A stretch of DNA of 35,442 bases, from positions 45,893,952 through 45,929,393 of the forward strand of contig NC_068995.1 in NCBI RefSeq assembly GCF_001194135.2, given 5' to 3'. Each line of letters begins with the position of its first letter. Position 1 is the stretch's first letter. The stretch is from Octopus bimaculoides. Its lineage: Eukaryota. Of this stretch, positions 34,683-35,442 are shown piece by piece. The notes under the pieces were generated by a model. It was not told the DNA's origin and searched no databases. It saw nothing but the letters and a program-made list of their open reading frames with translations. Position numbers and translations under genes: made by a program.

Positions 34683-35442
34683 GCAACAGCAGCAGTAGTG
34701 ATAGTGATAGAAGTAGTAGTAGTAGTAGTAGTAGCCGTTGTGTTTACTGTGACTATTATTATTATTAGTCTCCATTGTTCTTGCCGTTGCTACTGTTGTC
34801 TTTGCAGCTGTAGCCGAGAACACCATTGCTTTTAGTTACTGCTGCTAATGTTATTTATTTTTGTTGTTGTTGTTGCTGTTGTTCTTCGTGGTGTTGATGG
34901 TGGTGGTGGTGGTGGTGATGTTATTTGTGATGGCATTGGTGGCAGTTTTTTGCGGTGATGGTCATTTTAGCAGCTGTGGGCAGTGATGATGGCGTTAGTG
35001 ATTGTTAACTCTGATCGTGTTGGTGGACGTTTTTGCAGTGATGGTTATAGTAGCGGTGGTGGCGATGGTGGTGCTGCTCACAATGGTAGCTGTGGTAGTG
35101 ATGGTATTGGTTGTGTGGAAGCAGTTGTAATGGTGACGATGGTGGTAGTAATAGTAGTATTATTAGGGATGTTAGTGGTGTCGATGGCGGCAGCGGTGGA
35201 GGAGGCAGTGTTGTTGTTGTTGATGGTGGTGGTGATGGTGAGGGCGGTGGTGATAGTGGTGGTGGTGGTTGTGTTAGTGGCAGTTCCTTGTTATCTACAA
35301 TCTTTGTCCAATTCTCACTCTCCAATTAGGCTTGTATTCTTGTGATAATTTCCCGCCAGTGATTGGCACTAGTCAGCTCCTACCGTCGCCGCCACAACCA
35401 CCACACCATCCACCACCATCCACCACCACCACCACCACCACC

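Overview
Eukaryotic, repeat-saturated genomic DNA from a gappy short-read assembly. The dense (TA)n/(CA)n/(TATC)n/(TACA)n microsatellites and tRNA-derived SINE families suggest an octopod cephalopod, but the taxon is an inference. Almost every ORF in the supplied track is an artefact of microsatellites or N gaps. The one clear host coding feature is a 221-bp internal exon (28721-28941, +) encoding homeodomain residues 1-46 of a paired-class Rx (retinal homeobox)-type gene. Its upstream (octapeptide) and downstream (VWFQNRR) exons are not visible. The rest is non-coding or transposon debris: a deleted mariner, a mariner MITE, a Tc1 fossil, a hAT MITE, a pogo-like end, a Penelope-like RT fragment fused to a mariner fragment, and about 15 SINE pieces. 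I cannot support a wholly new multi-gene system. The best leads are (1) a minimal Penelope-type hammerhead ribozyme motif locked inside a perfect 22-bp fold-back, (2) further perfect fold-backs beside TE fragments, (3) an 85/86-bp inverted repeat just upstream of the Rx exon, (4) Homeobrain-like residues in the Rx homeodomain, and (5) a promoter-like M-box/CCAAT/NRF1 cluster with no assigned gene.
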